Source: a virus (Duplodnaviria; Caudoviricetes). Taken from it: 64,000 nucleotides of DNA. The translations under genes and the position numbers were made by a program. Shown here one piece after another: positions 25,680-36,160 of the stretch. Below the pieces are notes generated by a model that was given only the letters and a program-made list of their open reading frames with translations, was not told the DNA's origin and searched no databases. Within the stretch, counting starts at the first letter, position 1. Each line of letters starts with the position of its first letter. The stretch is taken from positions 18,195 through 82,194 of IMG/VR virus record IMGVR_UViG_3300020577_006811; one strand, written 5' to 3'.

Positions 25680-26498
25680 ATTCCATTTACGACCAATCGT
25701 CTCTACAGCGTCCAGGCGACCGGCACCAACGCCGGCACGTGGGGCGCGGGCACGAGCGACTCGCTCAACGAAGGCGTTATGCAGATCATGGATGCCAACA
25801 TGGGTGGCATCACGGCTCTGTCCTTAACGAACGTGAATGTGTCCTTGACACAAACGCAGGCCAACAATGGCATGCTGCGTCTGACGGGGGCATTGACCGG
25901 CAGCGTCATCATCAGCCCAACTGCGGGCGTCACGATGAGCGGCTTTTATTACTTTGAAAACTTGACCACAAACTCTTCATTCAGTGTCACGTTCAGCAAC
26001 GCCGGCGGCGCGGTGATCTTGCCACAAGGTCGGCGAGGCACGATGTGGGTCGATACCACCTACGGACCACGGGTCATTTCCAGCGTCGGCTCCGCACAAA
26101 CAGACATTATTCCCGCAGGCTCCGTCGTCACGTTTTACAACAGCGCTGCGCCGACGGGATACACGGTCGTCGCGCTCAGCGATTACGGACTTCAGGTGGT
26201 GCAAAGTGGCGGCGGCTCAACATTTGGGTCCGTCGCGTATTCGACGCTTTTTGCGACGACGTCAGTCGGCTCAACGACGCTGACGGAAGCGCAAATCCCA
26301 AGCCACTCGCATGCCCTGCAAGGTTTCAGCGTCCCGACTTACGATGGCTTTTACAGTGTCAGTGGCGGCAGTCTGCAGGTGGCTGCCAGCATTGGCTTCA
26401 TTTCTACGACCAGCAACACGGGCGGCGGATCGGGGCACACCCACGCGCTCGACATGCGCGTGCGGACGGCAAAAGTCATTCTAGCGACCCGCAATTAA
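25680..26498 (+). CDS. Short fibre/tail-associated protein; likely start is ATT at 25680
   Basis: AGAGGAG SD 8 nt upstream of in-frame ATT; C-terminal collar-like GSTTLTEAQIPSHSH...GHTH. Confidence 0.7.
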   Translation: MPFTTNRLYSVQATGTNAGTWGAGTSDSLNEGVMQIMDANMGGITALSLTNVNVSLTQTQANNGMLRLTGALTGSVIISPTAGVTMSGFYYFENLTTNSSFSVTFSNAGGAVILPQGRRGTMWVDTTYGPRVISSVGSAQTDIIPAGSVVTFYNSAAPTGYTVVALSDYGLQVVQSGGGSTFGSVAYSTLFATTSVGSTTLTEAQIPSHSHALQGFSVPTYDGFYSVSGGSLQVAASIGFISTTSNTGGGSGHTHALDMRVRTAKVILATRN

Positions 26499-26502
26499 AA
26501 AC

Positions 26503-26880
26503 ATGCTCCCAGACAAAACCACAAAATGTCATCGGACTGGGTTTCAGGAGACGTGCTTCAAGTGCGTCACCGAGCACAATTGCCGTCTTTGGAAACGCGT
26601 CACGCTAGAGCACCACCCAGAGACGGGAGCCCCGGGCGTCGATCATTACGATTGCGTCGATAGTCTGCAGGATCTTTACCTAAAAGACATGTTGCGGCGT
26701 CAGGTGCAGACGACGGCGACGATCGATAGCCTGCGCCGCGAGGTTCAGAACGCCAACGACGCCGGAATGGCCAACGCACTGATGGGTATCAACCAGCAAA
26801 TTCGGGCTCTCAGCAATCAGGCTGCGGCACCTGCGCTGCCGCCTGCCGCCGACGACGACGTTAAGATGCTGGAGAATTGA
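26503..26880 (+). CDS. Cys-rich tail-region hypothetical protein
   Basis: CHRTG..C..C...C..W...HPETG...DC pattern. Confidence 0.75.
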   Translation: MLPDKTTKCHRTGFQETCFKCVTEHNCRLWKRVTLEHHPETGAPGVDHYDCVDSLQDLYLKDMLRRQVQTTATIDSLRREVQNANDAGMANALMGINQQIRALSNQAAAPALPPAADDDVKMLEN

Positions 26881-26881
26881 G

Positions 26882-29173
26882 ATGGCGTGGAGCACCATCG
26901 TAATCAAACCCGGCGTCAACACCGAGGTCACGAGCACGCTCAACCAAGCTGGCATCTCGTCGTCGGCATTGATCCGGTTTAAAAACGCGCTGGCGCAGAA
27001 ACTTGGTGGCTGGGAGAAGCTCTACGCGTTCGCGGTCGGCGGCATCCCTCGGGCGCTGCAAGCGTGGCAGGATTTTAACGAGATAGACCGCCTTGCGGTC
27101 GGCACGACAACGACCCTTGGCGTCATCGCGGACGGTGAGTTCACGCAAATCACCCCCCAGATTTACCAAACAGACGGCGGCCCCAACCTTTCCACAACCT
27201 CTGGGTCATCGCTTGTTGCCATTACAGACATCAACGTCACGAACCCAACCACAGACGACACGGTCGAATTCAAGACGCCGGTTTCTATCGGCGGTCTCAT
27301 TCTTTCGGGTGCGTATCCCATTGATCTGGTCACAAGCACCAACGCCTTCCGCATTGACGCCAGCGCTAACGGGGTCGCCACAAGCACGCAGGCAAACGCC
27401 GCCATCACAGGCATTACGAATGCAAACCCCGCGGTTGTCACGACAAGCGCCGCGCATGGCTTCACCTCAAATCAGCTGATCTACATTTACAATGTCGGCG
27501 GCATGACGGAGGTCAACGGGCGCCTGTTTGCCATCACCGTGGTGACACCAACGACCTTCTCGTTGCAGGGCACGAATTCGTCTGCCTACACCACCTACAC
27601 ATCGGGGGGCGTCGCGAGCCCGGCCTCAGTGCCAAGGTTTGCGACGTCGTCTGGCAGCAACGTGGTGACGGTGACTTTTCAAGCGCATGGGCTGTCGGTG
27701 GGCGGGAAAATCAATTTCCCAATCGAAACGACAGTGGGCGGCGTCACCATTTTAGGCACGTACGCGGCCACCACCATCGTCAGCACCAATGCCTTCACCA
27801 TCGCTGTTGATCAATTGGCGACGGCATCAGCGACAGCCATGATGAACGACGGCGACGTCGAGCTGCTCTACTATATTTCTCTTGGTCCGCAGCCAACATC
27901 AGTTGGTTACAGCATCGGAACCTACGGGTCTGGAGGCTACAGTACGGGCTCCGTCGGGTCTGCGCAGACTGGGACGCCCATCACGGCAACAGACTGGACC
28001 CTCGATAACTGGGGTGCGACGCTGCTGGCCTGCCCAGCAGGCGGCGGCATCTACGAATGGACGCCGGACACCGGCTTTCAAAATGCGAAGCTTCTCTCTG
28101 CGGCGCCTCTTAACAATGGTGGGATCTTGATTGCGCAGCCCGCGCAAATTCTGATCGCGTGGGGCGCAAGCTCTCCGCAGGAGATTGGCGTTGACGCCGA
28201 CCCACTTACTTATACGTGGTCAGATCAGCTCGACTACGCCTACTGGACACCAGGGGCCGTCAACCCCGCCACAAACCTCCTCTCTCAGGCTGGATCGAAC
28301 CGCATTCCGACTGGTTCTAAGATTGTCGCAGGGCTCACCGTATCGCAGCAGGTCTTGCTGTGGACCGACTTGGATTTGTGGGCGATCAACTACATCGGGC
28401 AGCCCGAGACAGGGCTTATTTTTGGACAGAATAAGATCGGCGGCGCCTGCGGCACGGTTAGCGCCCACGCTGTGGGGCAGCTCGGCAGTACGGTTGCGTG
28501 GATGGGGCGCTCAAATTTTTTCCAATTGAGCGGCAACGGCGTCGTGCCGATCCCCTGTTCTGTGTGGGACGTCGTCTTCCAAGACCTCGACACCAACAAC
28601 CTCGACAAGATCCGCTGCTGTCCCAACACGCCGTTCAACGAAATGATGTGGGAGTTCCCCAGCGCCTCTGGGGGCACCGGCGAAAACGACACTTACGTCA
28701 AATGGAACATTGTTGAGAACACCTGGGATTTTGGCCCACTGGCGCGCTCAGCGTGGGTTGATCAGTCGGTGCTCGGCATGCCCATAGGGGCGACCCCCAG
28801 CGGCATCATTTATCAACACGAAGTGGGGGAGAACGCTGACGGGCAGCCCCTCATGTGGAGCTTCACGACAGGCTACTTCCAGCTTGGTGAGGGCGAAGAC
28901 TTTCAGGTTGTGGACTTGATTGTGCCAGATTTTAAGTATGGCACGTATGAGGGAAGCCAGGGCGCTATTGTGCAGATGATGGTGTACGCCACAAATTTCC
29001 CCGGCGAGACGCCGCGCGAGTTCGGGCCCTACCAATTCAACTCAAGCTCAACCCAGCAGAATGTGCGCATCCGCGCGCGGCAGATGTCGTTCAAATTTTT
29101 TGGCGAAGACCTGAACAGCTTCGTACGCCTTGGCCGCGTCCGCATTCGCGTTGCACCCGACGGCAGGAGGTAA
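26882..29173 (+). CDS. Tail nozzle / DNA stabilisation protein (P22 gp10-like) with an FCCH-like insert
   Basis: KPGVN, DNWGATLLAC, WSDQLD, GSKIV, LLWTD beta-propeller motifs; ITNANPAVVTTSAAHGF insert. Confidence 0.8.
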   Translation: MAWSTIVIKPGVNTEVTSTLNQAGISSSALIRFKNALAQKLGGWEKLYAFAVGGIPRALQAWQDFNEIDRLAVGTTTTLGVIADGEFTQITPQIYQTDGGPNLSTTSGSSLVAITDINVTNPTTDDTVEFKTPVSIGGLILSGAYPIDLVTSTNAFRIDASANGVATSTQANAAITGITNANPAVVTTSAAHGFTSNQLIYIYNVGGMTEVNGRLFAITVVTPTTFSLQGTNSSAYTTYTSGGVASPASVPRFATSSGSNVVTVTFQAHGLSVGGKINFPIETTVGGVTILGTYAATTIVSTNAFTIAVDQLATASATAMMNDGDVELLYYISLGPQPTSVGYSIGTYGSGGYSTGSVGSAQTGTPITATDWTLDNWGATLLACPAGGGIYEWTPDTGFQNAKLLSAAPLNNGGILIAQPAQILIAWGASSPQEIGVDADPLTYTWSDQLDYAYWTPGAVNPATNLLSQAGSNRIPTGSKIVAGLTVSQQVLLWTDLDLWAINYIGQPETGLIFGQNKIGGACGTVSAHAVGQLGSTVAWMGRSNFFQLSGNGVVPIPCSVWDVVFQDLDTNNLDKIRCCPNTPFNEMMWEFPSASGGTGENDTYVKWNIVENTWDFGPLARSAWVDQSVLGMPIGATPSGIIYQHEVGENADGQPLMWSFTTGYFQLGEGEDFQVVDLIVPDFKYGTYEGSQGAIVQMMVYATNFPGETPREFGPYQFNSSSTQQNVRIRARQMSFKFFGEDLNSFVRLGRVRIRVAPDGRR

Positions 29174-29177
29174 GGCC

Positions 29178-29522
29178 ATGGAAAATTTTCCGCGCGTGGA
29201 TACCAATGTCATTGCCAACCAGTTGGCGCTCAGCAATCAGCTGATGTCGAAGCTGGTGGGGATTTTCTCCAACCTGTTTCCGCGCTCCACGGGCACGTTC
29301 ACCTTGTCTGCAGCTTCCAGCAAGGTCGTGACGGACGTCAACGTGGCAACGACCAGCATCATCACGTTGATGCCGACGAACGCGGCAGCAGCAACTTTGA
29401 TGGGGTCAAACAAAGCGCTCTACGTCACAACGGCTGCTGGTTCCTTTACGGTCACAACGGCCTCTGGCGCCGCTGCCGCAGGCACTGAGGCGTTTTCCTA
29501 CGCGGTCAATACGCCGGTCTGA
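29178..29522 (+). CDS. Small tail-associated protein
   Basis: AGGAGG upstream; 114 aa. Confidence 0.7.
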   Translation: MENFPRVDTNVIANQLALSNQLMSKLVGIFSNLFPRSTGTFTLSAASSKVVTDVNVATTSIITLMPTNAAAATLMGSNKALYVTTAAGSFTVTTASGAAAAGTEAFSYAVNTPV

Positions 29523-29613
29523 ACGCGCATATTTTTTTCAAGACACTCTGCCGTGACCTGTGTATTTCTTGGGTTGCCTGTGCTGCGTCCAAAATTCAAA
29601 CCCGAGACGCCGC

Positions 29614-32600
29614 ATGGCTCACCCGCTTGCCACCGCTCTTGCCCGCGCCGAACAGCAGACCGAGACGTCGCTGACCGACAAGGCACGCGAGGAGGGCAGT
29701 TACCGCAAAGGCAAACTGACCTGGAATGACATCCCTATCGCGATTGAGAACCCGAAAGGGTCCATTCGCACGGGCGTCGGCCGCGATGGCAAGCGCTGGT
29801 TCTGCGAGATGCCTGCCGCCTATGGCGAGGTGCGCAGGAGCGAAGGCCAGGACGGCGACCCGGTGGACGTCTACGTGGGGCCCGCGCACGGTAGCAAGCG
29901 CGTCTGGGTTATTGACCAGGTGGATGCCGATACGGGACGCAGTGACGAACACAAGTGTTTGCTTGCTTTCCCGAACAAGGACGCGGCGCTGAAGGCCTAC
30001 GAGGCGTCGTTTTCCGACGGGAAAGCTAAACAGCGCATTGGCGCTGTGACGGAACTCTCGGTCGCGGAGTTCCGCGATTTCCTGAAAAACGGGGACACCA
30101 CTAAGCCCATGTCTCAGCAGAAAAAGTCCGACAAGGCATTGGAAGTCGCGCAGCGCTACACCAAGGGCTACGCCTACGGTGGCCGTGTGGGATACGCCGA
30201 AGGCGGCCCGGCTGGCGAGATCGCATCAGAGATGACCCGCGATCTGCGCCGGGACCGGCAGCGGCGGGCGCTCGCAGGGCGCGAACTGACGCCCGATGAG
30301 GAGGCTGCCTACGCCGACTACGTGGCGCGGTTGCCCGAGCGGCGCGAAATGAAGGCCCGCGAACTGGACGGCTTTACGTCGGGTATCGGCGACCTGCTGA
30401 CGCCGGGCGAAACGCTGCCGATGATGGACGCGCGGACGCGTCGCCAGATTGCGGCTCGGTCGCTTGCTGGGCGAGATCTGACCTACGACCAGATGCGCGA
30501 GTTGGCAGATCAGGAGGCGGTCAACGAGGAGCGCAGCGCGCGACTGGGCGTGCCCTTGGGCATTGCTGCAACGGAACTGACGGGCGTGCCATCCATCATG
30601 CGCGGCGGCAGCAACGTCGTGCGCGGCATTGAAGAGCGCGATCCGGCCCGCATTGCGGGTGGTGCTTTGGAAGGCGTCATCGGGGCGGCTCCGCTGGGAA
30701 TGGTGGCTCGGCCCGTGGCCGCAGCCTTGAAGCCGCTGACTGGATCGGTGCCGCGGTTTACGGCGACCAGCATGGGCGCGTCTGGCTTGACGTCCTACGC
30801 GGACGACGCCAAGGCGGCCGAACGCAACGTGGCGACGCGCATTGCGAGCGACCCGGAAGTGAAGGCCATTATTGACAAGCGGACAGCGGCGCTGGCTGAG
30901 ATCCAGCGGGTGCAGGAAGACCTGATTGCGAAGAACCCCGCCATCCAAGCTTTGGAGGCAAAGCGGGCGCAGCAGCAGCTCCTGCGCAAGGCGACAAACG
31001 ATAAGTATGCCAAGGCGGGCCCCGAGACGCAGAAGCAGGCGCTGGCGCCGTTTGACGAAGAGATCAAACGCATCAATGGCCAGATCCAGGAAATCAGCGA
31101 CGGCGCGTTAAAGCCTTATAAGGACGAAGTGACCCGGCTGACGGCGGCTCTTGGCACTGCCGAAGATCGCGCGCGCGCGGCCTACATGGATGAAGCTACG
31201 TTCCGCGAAAAGTACCCCGGCGTGCCGATGGCGCTGATGGCTGGCGGTCTAGGTGTGGCTGGCGCGCTCCCGTTGATGAAGGCGGGGCTGGGCCGGGTCA
31301 CGGACAGTTGGAAGCGCAAGTCTATTGAGGACGCGACGACCAAGACGGAGAACGCGTTCGCGGGCGGTCTGTCAGATGCGGAGACGGCCATCGCGCAGCA
31401 GCGGTTGCAGCGGCATTTGGATCGCTGGGACGCTGACCATGGGAAGATTGCAGGTGGCTGGAATTTTCTCGCCAATACCGGCAAAGGGGCGCTGTTGGGC
31501 GCCGAGGCGTCGCAGTTGCCGGAGCAATTGGATTACCTGACCAACGCGCCGGGGCACCCCGCACGCGAGGCGGCCGTCAAGCAATTGCAAAACCCAGAGT
31601 ATTGGAAGGAGCGTTGGGGCCCGGCGCTACTTGGCGCTGGCAGCGCCATCATGGGGCACACGGCGGCGCACATGATCCCGCAGAACCGGGAGTTTCTGGT
31701 GCCGGCGCGAGAAGTGGCGTCACGCGGGGCCGAGCCGTCGCGGGTGGACGCGCTGTTGGCGAAGTTGCACGGGCGGAGCAAGCCCGAGGGCCCGACCGAG
31801 GACGCCATCAAGCAGGTGCAGCGGTATCGGTCTGCTGTTGGGCCTTCCGGTGCGCGTGAAGACGCCAAGATGCTCGAAGGGCTGCTTGATACGCCTCCGG
31901 GCTCAGGCGCTCCTTTGCCACGGCCCACTTCTCCTGAATTGACAGCGTTGCCCAGTCCGTCGGTAATCCCGCCGTCTGCACAGGCTCCAAGTCCGTCGCG
32001 GTCGCCCGAAGCGCTTTCCAATCTGGAGTCTGCGGCATCCAAGGCCTCTGATGTGATCAAGCAGTCCAAGCGTAGCGCGGATATGCGGCCTTGGGAAGGC
32101 GCTCCACCCAAGGGGGTTAAACTGCCCAAGGGAACTCTGTGGGACGCGAACATGGGGCGGACTCGGCGCGAGGACGGCACGTTGGGGCCGGCTCCTCGGT
32201 ACAGTGCGCCTCGAAAAAAGGATAACCCGCAAAGCTTACCCAAGTCTGAACAGGGGGAAGGCAAGGCGTCGGGCGGGATTGTCGGGCGAGTTTTCGACGT
32301 CGTGCGCCGGTATGCTGGTGGCGGCCGAGTGGTCCCGCATGGGTTGATGGCGGGGGACACCCCAGGTCGTTCCGACAAATTGCCGGTGCAAGTCCCAAAT
32401 GGCGCCTATGTACTGCCCGCAGACTTTGTCTCAGGCCTTGGCGAGGGCAATACCATGGCCGGCTCAAAGCGGTTCAAGGAAATGTCGCCGCCCCCTGCTC
32501 CTGGGTTTGCGCGAGGCGGCCACGTTGAAATCATGATCAGCGACGGCGAAGAGGTGGTGCACCCCGACGTCGTCGCGGCATGGGGTGGCGGCGATTTAGA

Positions 32601-32691
32601 TAGAGGGCACAAGGTTCTTGACCAAATGGTGAGGCAAGGTAGATCAGAGACGATCCGTAAATTAGCGTCCCTTCCACCGCCCGCGAAATAG
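29614..32691 (+). CDS. Large putative ejection protein with N-terminal InPase (polyvalent-protein pyrophosphatase-like) domain
   Basis: YRKGK...IENPKGSIRTG...YG...GQDGDPVDVYVGP...DEHKCLLAF; five AxGGx motifs; C-terminal GRSDKLPV...SDGE domain. Confidence 0.8.
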   Translation: MAHPLATALARAEQQTETSLTDKAREEGSYRKGKLTWNDIPIAIENPKGSIRTGVGRDGKRWFCEMPAAYGEVRRSEGQDGDPVDVYVGPAHGSKRVWVIDQVDADTGRSDEHKCLLAFPNKDAALKAYEASFSDGKAKQRIGAVTELSVAEFRDFLKNGDTTKPMSQQKKSDKALEVAQRYTKGYAYGGRVGYAEGGPAGEIASEMTRDLRRDRQRRALAGRELTPDEEAAYADYVARLPERREMKARELDGFTSGIGDLLTPGETLPMMDARTRRQIAARSLAGRDLTYDQMRELADQEAVNEERSARLGVPLGIAATELTGVPSIMRGGSNVVRGIEERDPARIAGGALEGVIGAAPLGMVARPVAAALKPLTGSVPRFTATSMGASGLTSYADDAKAAERNVATRIASDPEVKAIIDKRTAALAEIQRVQEDLIAKNPAIQALEAKRAQQQLLRKATNDKYAKAGPETQKQALAPFDEEIKRINGQIQEISDGALKPYKDEVTRLTAALGTAEDRARAAYMDEATFREKYPGVPMALMAGGLGVAGALPLMKAGLGRVTDSWKRKSIEDATTKTENAFAGGLSDAETAIAQQRLQRHLDRWDADHGKIAGGWNFLANTGKGALLGAEASQLPEQLDYLTNAPGHPAREAAVKQLQNPEYWKERWGPALLGAGSAIMGHTAAHMIPQNREFLVPAREVASRGAEPSRVDALLAKLHGRSKPEGPTEDAIKQVQRYRSAVGPSGAREDAKMLEGLLDTPPGSGAPLPRPTSPELTALPSPSVIPPSAQAPSPSRSPEALSNLESAASKASDVIKQSKRSADMRPWEGAPPKGVKLPKGTLWDANMGRTRREDGTLGPAPRYSAPRKKDNPQSLPKSEQGEGKASGGIVGRVFDVVRRYAGGGRVVPHGLMAGDTPGRSDKLPVQVPNGAYVLPADFVSGLGEGNTMAGSKRFKEMSPPPAPGFARGGHVEIMISDGEEVVHPDVVAAWGGGDLDRGHKVLDQMVRQGRSETIRKLASLPPPAK

Positions 32692-32699
32692 GACGCCAC

Positions 32700-33215
32700 A
32701 TGCTTGCCTACACCGACTTGAAGGTGCGCCCTGCCGACCCTCGCGATGAAGAGGATCTGGTGGATATGTGCCGCCTGCTGCACCAGGAGAGTGGCATCCG
32801 GGATGGGCAGAACGCGCCCTTTCCGTTCGATGAATGCAAGGTGCGCGCGATGGTGCAGCAGGTGACCACGCCGCAGCGCAACGATCCTGCGGCCGGCCAT
32901 TCGTTCTGCGGCATCATTGGACCCTACGGCGACATTCAGGCCTCCATCTATCTGACCCGCTCCGAGCCTTGGTATTCGTCGCAGCCGTTCCTGCAGGAGG
33001 TCTGGAACTTCGTGCATCCAGACCACCGCAAGGGTCCCCACGCCAAGGCGTTGATCGCTTTCTCCAAGGTGATGGCGCAGTGCTGGGAGCAGACCTTGGT
33101 GGCTGGCGTGATGTCCACGCAGCGGGTGGAGGCCAAAAAACGCTTCTACGCCCGTGAGTACCAGGTTGAGCCGTTCGGCGCCTTCTTCGTCTACAACCAT
33201 CCGCAGGGGGCCTGA
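32700..33215 (+). CDS. GNAT-fold acetyltransferase-like protein
   Basis: VRPADPRD start, FVHPDHRKG...ALI motif A. Confidence 0.75.
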   Translation: MLAYTDLKVRPADPRDEEDLVDMCRLLHQESGIRDGQNAPFPFDECKVRAMVQQVTTPQRNDPAAGHSFCGIIGPYGDIQASIYLTRSEPWYSSQPFLQEVWNFVHPDHRKGPHAKALIAFSKVMAQCWEQTLVAGVMSTQRVEAKKRFYAREYQVEPFGAFFVYNHPQGA

Positions 33216-33220
33216 CCGCC

Positions 33221-35047
33221 ATGGGCTTCATTTCCGATCTGTTCGCGCCAAAGACCTCGCAGCAGGCACAACAGCAGGGCACGTCCACCACCAGCAACAA
33301 TGCCTGGGGTGCGGTCCAGCCGTACATGAACCAGTACCTGCAACAGTTCTCGGCCGGGAACATTGCGGGCGCGCAGACTCCGGTCACGCCGTATCAATAC
33401 GCAGCTGCCGACAGTCAGATGGGCACGGCGGCCAATCTGACGCCTGCGTATGCCGCGGCTGGCGATGTGGCGTCTGGCGGTATCAACCCCGCAAAGATCA
33501 GCGGGTACATGTCGCCCTACATCTCCAATGTGGTGGACGCGACGCGGGCTCAATTTGCGAACAACAATGCGCGTACGTTGGCAGGCCAGCAGGCCTCCAC
33601 CGCAAAAGCGGGCGCTCTGACAGGGACGCAGCGCGCGGTCGGCCGTGCCATCTCCGAAGGACAATTGGCGGCGGCTCAAGACCCAGTCATTGCCAGCCTT
33701 TACAACCAAGGCTACGGGCAGGCGGCCAATCTCGCGCAGGCAGATACGAACGCTCGGCTGGCAGGCGCTAGCACATTAGGGAGTCTTACAGGCGCACAGA
33801 CAAGCGCCAATTCGGCCTTGGCCGCCATGGGTAACCAAATCTGGAACAATCAGTACCAGAACACGCTGACGCCTTTCAATCTGACCACGCAAGGTGCCGC
33901 TGGGTTGACCCCACTCACCAACGCCGCTGGCACCGCTACAAGTTCTAGCGGGTCGTCAACGGGGACGACCACACAAGCCCCAGGCGCCATCCAAAGTCTG
34001 ATGGGGCTCGCGGGGCTTGGATTGTCCGGTTACGACTACGGGGTTGGCAAGGGCTGGTTTGCGGACGGTGGTCGCGTGGGCTACGCAGAGGGTGGCTCCG
34101 TGATCAAGCCCTTTGAGGGCGCCAGCGAGCCGTTCCACGCCAAGATGGAAAAGGCTTTCCACACAATCCAGCGGCTCAAGGAATACGCCAAGGGCGGTCC
34201 CGTGTCGTCGCGCTATGCCGATGGGGGCGCCATCGGGCCTTGGGAAACCACAGTTGAGCGCGCCCCCGCGGAGCCAACGCCAGAGGCACAGTTCGGCAAG
34301 CGGCTTGAATCCATCGGCACGGCCATGACGCCTTATCGTGCGTCTGGTGACGATGTCGGCGGCGTCGGCAGCCTGACGCGGTTCATGGAGGGCGTGCGCA
34401 GCGCCAATATCCCGCGCTATGCGGGCGGCGGCTTTATTGATCCAAAAGACAACGATCCGGCCATTACGCCGTATGGGGCCGAGCCAAGCGCACCCCCGTC
34501 CTACCTCGGGCGCGGCACGCAGCCTCCTTCTTCCTCAGTCCAGCCGAGAGAACCGATGAGCACGGTGCGGCCGATGTCACCGGAAGCTCAGTTCGCGTCG
34601 GTTTTGCTGTCCGGAAGCCCGATTGCTGGCAGCGGACAGGCGATGCGCGATCTGCAACAGCAGCGCATTCAGGAAGAAGAAAACAAGCGCAACAATGCCC
34701 TGGCGCAAGCGCGGTACGCGCTGGAGGCGGCGCGCAACCCGCATCTGATTGAGCAATTGAAGGCGCACAGCATCGGTGGCCAGAAGGAACTGAAGTCGTA
34801 CGAATACACGATGCAGAAGGATCTGGAAGCCATCAAGAGCCTGCGCGAAATCGAGAAGGGCATTGATGATGCGGTCATGTATGGCGTCATCACCCCGGAT
34901 GAAGCCAACATGCGGCGACAGGCGGCGCGTGACCAGTACCAGCAGAACCGCGGCCTGATCCAGGGCGTCAAGACGCCACCGAAGGCCATGCCGACATCGC
35001 CTCCGGGCGCGGTGCGGGAGTGGGTGCCGGGCAAAGGCTTGCAGTAA
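33221..35047 (+). CDS. DNA ejection (pilot) protein
   Basis: Gln/Ala/Gly-rich, YMSPYISNVV, GALTGTQRAV; five AxGGx motifs. Confidence 0.75.
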   Translation: MGFISDLFAPKTSQQAQQQGTSTTSNNAWGAVQPYMNQYLQQFSAGNIAGAQTPVTPYQYAAADSQMGTAANLTPAYAAAGDVASGGINPAKISGYMSPYISNVVDATRAQFANNNARTLAGQQASTAKAGALTGTQRAVGRAISEGQLAAAQDPVIASLYNQGYGQAANLAQADTNARLAGASTLGSLTGAQTSANSALAAMGNQIWNNQYQNTLTPFNLTTQGAAGLTPLTNAAGTATSSSGSSTGTTTQAPGAIQSLMGLAGLGLSGYDYGVGKGWFADGGRVGYAEGGSVIKPFEGASEPFHAKMEKAFHTIQRLKEYAKGGPVSSRYADGGAIGPWETTVERAPAEPTPEAQFGKRLESIGTAMTPYRASGDDVGGVGSLTRFMEGVRSANIPRYAGGGFIDPKDNDPAITPYGAEPSAPPSYLGRGTQPPSSSVQPREPMSTVRPMSPEAQFASVLLSGSPIAGSGQAMRDLQQQRIQEEENKRNNALAQARYALEAARNPHLIEQLKAHSIGGQKELKSYEYTMQKDLEAIKSLREIEKGIDDAVMYGVITPDEANMRRQAARDQYQQNRGLIQGVKTPPKAMPTSPPGAVREWVPGKGLQ

Positions 35048-35059
35048 GGAGACGACGCT

Positions 35060-36151
35060 ATGGGCATTACGGTTCGCGATCCGGACGGCGGCACGCACAC
35101 GTTCCCGGACGGCACGCCCGACAGCGTGATCAATGCGGAGATGGAGCGTCGCTGGTCGTCTCGCGGACAACCGCAGGCGCCCCAGCCAAAGCCGCTGACC
35201 ACGCCGGACAAGCTCCCGCCCGGCGCTAATCCGGGAACGATCTCGGCCAAGCCCGGATCTGTTCTGGAGGCCGACATGGTGCCGTTGTCGGCCGATGCAC
35301 AGCGCGGCCTGCGCATGATTGCCGGTGGGGGCGCCACGAACAACCGTGCCATGGAGCAGGCGGGTCGGCTGCTGGTCGATAAAGACCCGACGTACCAGGC
35401 GCGCACGGCACAGGTGAAAGCCATCGGCGACGCTGCGGGCAAGCGACAGGCCGCACGACTGGCCGGCGAGAACATCTTTGGCAGTTTCGCCAAGCTTCTG
35501 CACACCTTCAACGAGGCGGACGACGACGCCCTGGAGGGCGCAATCGGTCCATACGCAGCCAGCCCCTATATGGGGAAAATGCCCTTAGTCGGAGGCATGA
35601 CGCCACCACAGGCGGCGGCAGCTTACGGTGATCATTGGGCAAATCCGTTGAGTTGGATGTCAGGCGCAAAGGACGCCGATAAATCCTGGAACCTGCAGAA
35701 CCTGTTCTCGCATGACGTCCATGGCATCACGAATGCACTGGTGTCGGCGGCGGGCAGCGGCGTGAAGATGTCTGACGCGCGGCAGGAAATGTTTGATTCC
35801 GCCATGCGCGACTTCATGAAGTCTACCAACCGCAAGGATGCGCGCAAGATCCTCGACCACGCCATGGGCATCATCGCCAATGACTTCCACATCACGCCGC
35901 AAGAATCCAAAATGCTTCTGGAAAACAATCTGAAGCGGATAAAGGCCGAAGCCCGCGAAAAACAGGAGGCCCTGACCCTGCGCGCGGCAGAAGTGCCTCC
36001 GGATGCCGTCCAATTGCTGTTGCAGAACGCGAAGAACAAGAAATATCGGACCGACTTCAACAAGACGTTCAACGACGGCGAGGAAGGGCTTGCGGAAATC
36101 TTGATCAAGAGCGCGGACGCCCGTACCAAGAAAAAGCAACCTCAGGAATAA
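35060..36151 (+). CDS. DNA ejection protein
   Basis: ITVRDPDGGTHTFPDGTPD N-terminus; AGGAG SD; context. Confidence 0.7.
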   Translation: MGITVRDPDGGTHTFPDGTPDSVINAEMERRWSSRGQPQAPQPKPLTTPDKLPPGANPGTISAKPGSVLEADMVPLSADAQRGLRMIAGGGATNNRAMEQAGRLLVDKDPTYQARTAQVKAIGDAAGKRQAARLAGENIFGSFAKLLHTFNEADDDALEGAIGPYAASPYMGKMPLVGGMTPPQAAAAYGDHWANPLSWMSGAKDADKSWNLQNLFSHDVHGITNALVSAAGSGVKMSDARQEMFDSAMRDFMKSTNRKDARKILDHAMGIIANDFHITPQESKMLLENNLKRIKAEAREKQEALTLRAAEVPPDAVQLLLQNAKNKKYRTDFNKTFNDGEEGLAEILIKSADARTKKKQPQE

Positions 36152-36160
36152 AGGCGCCCC

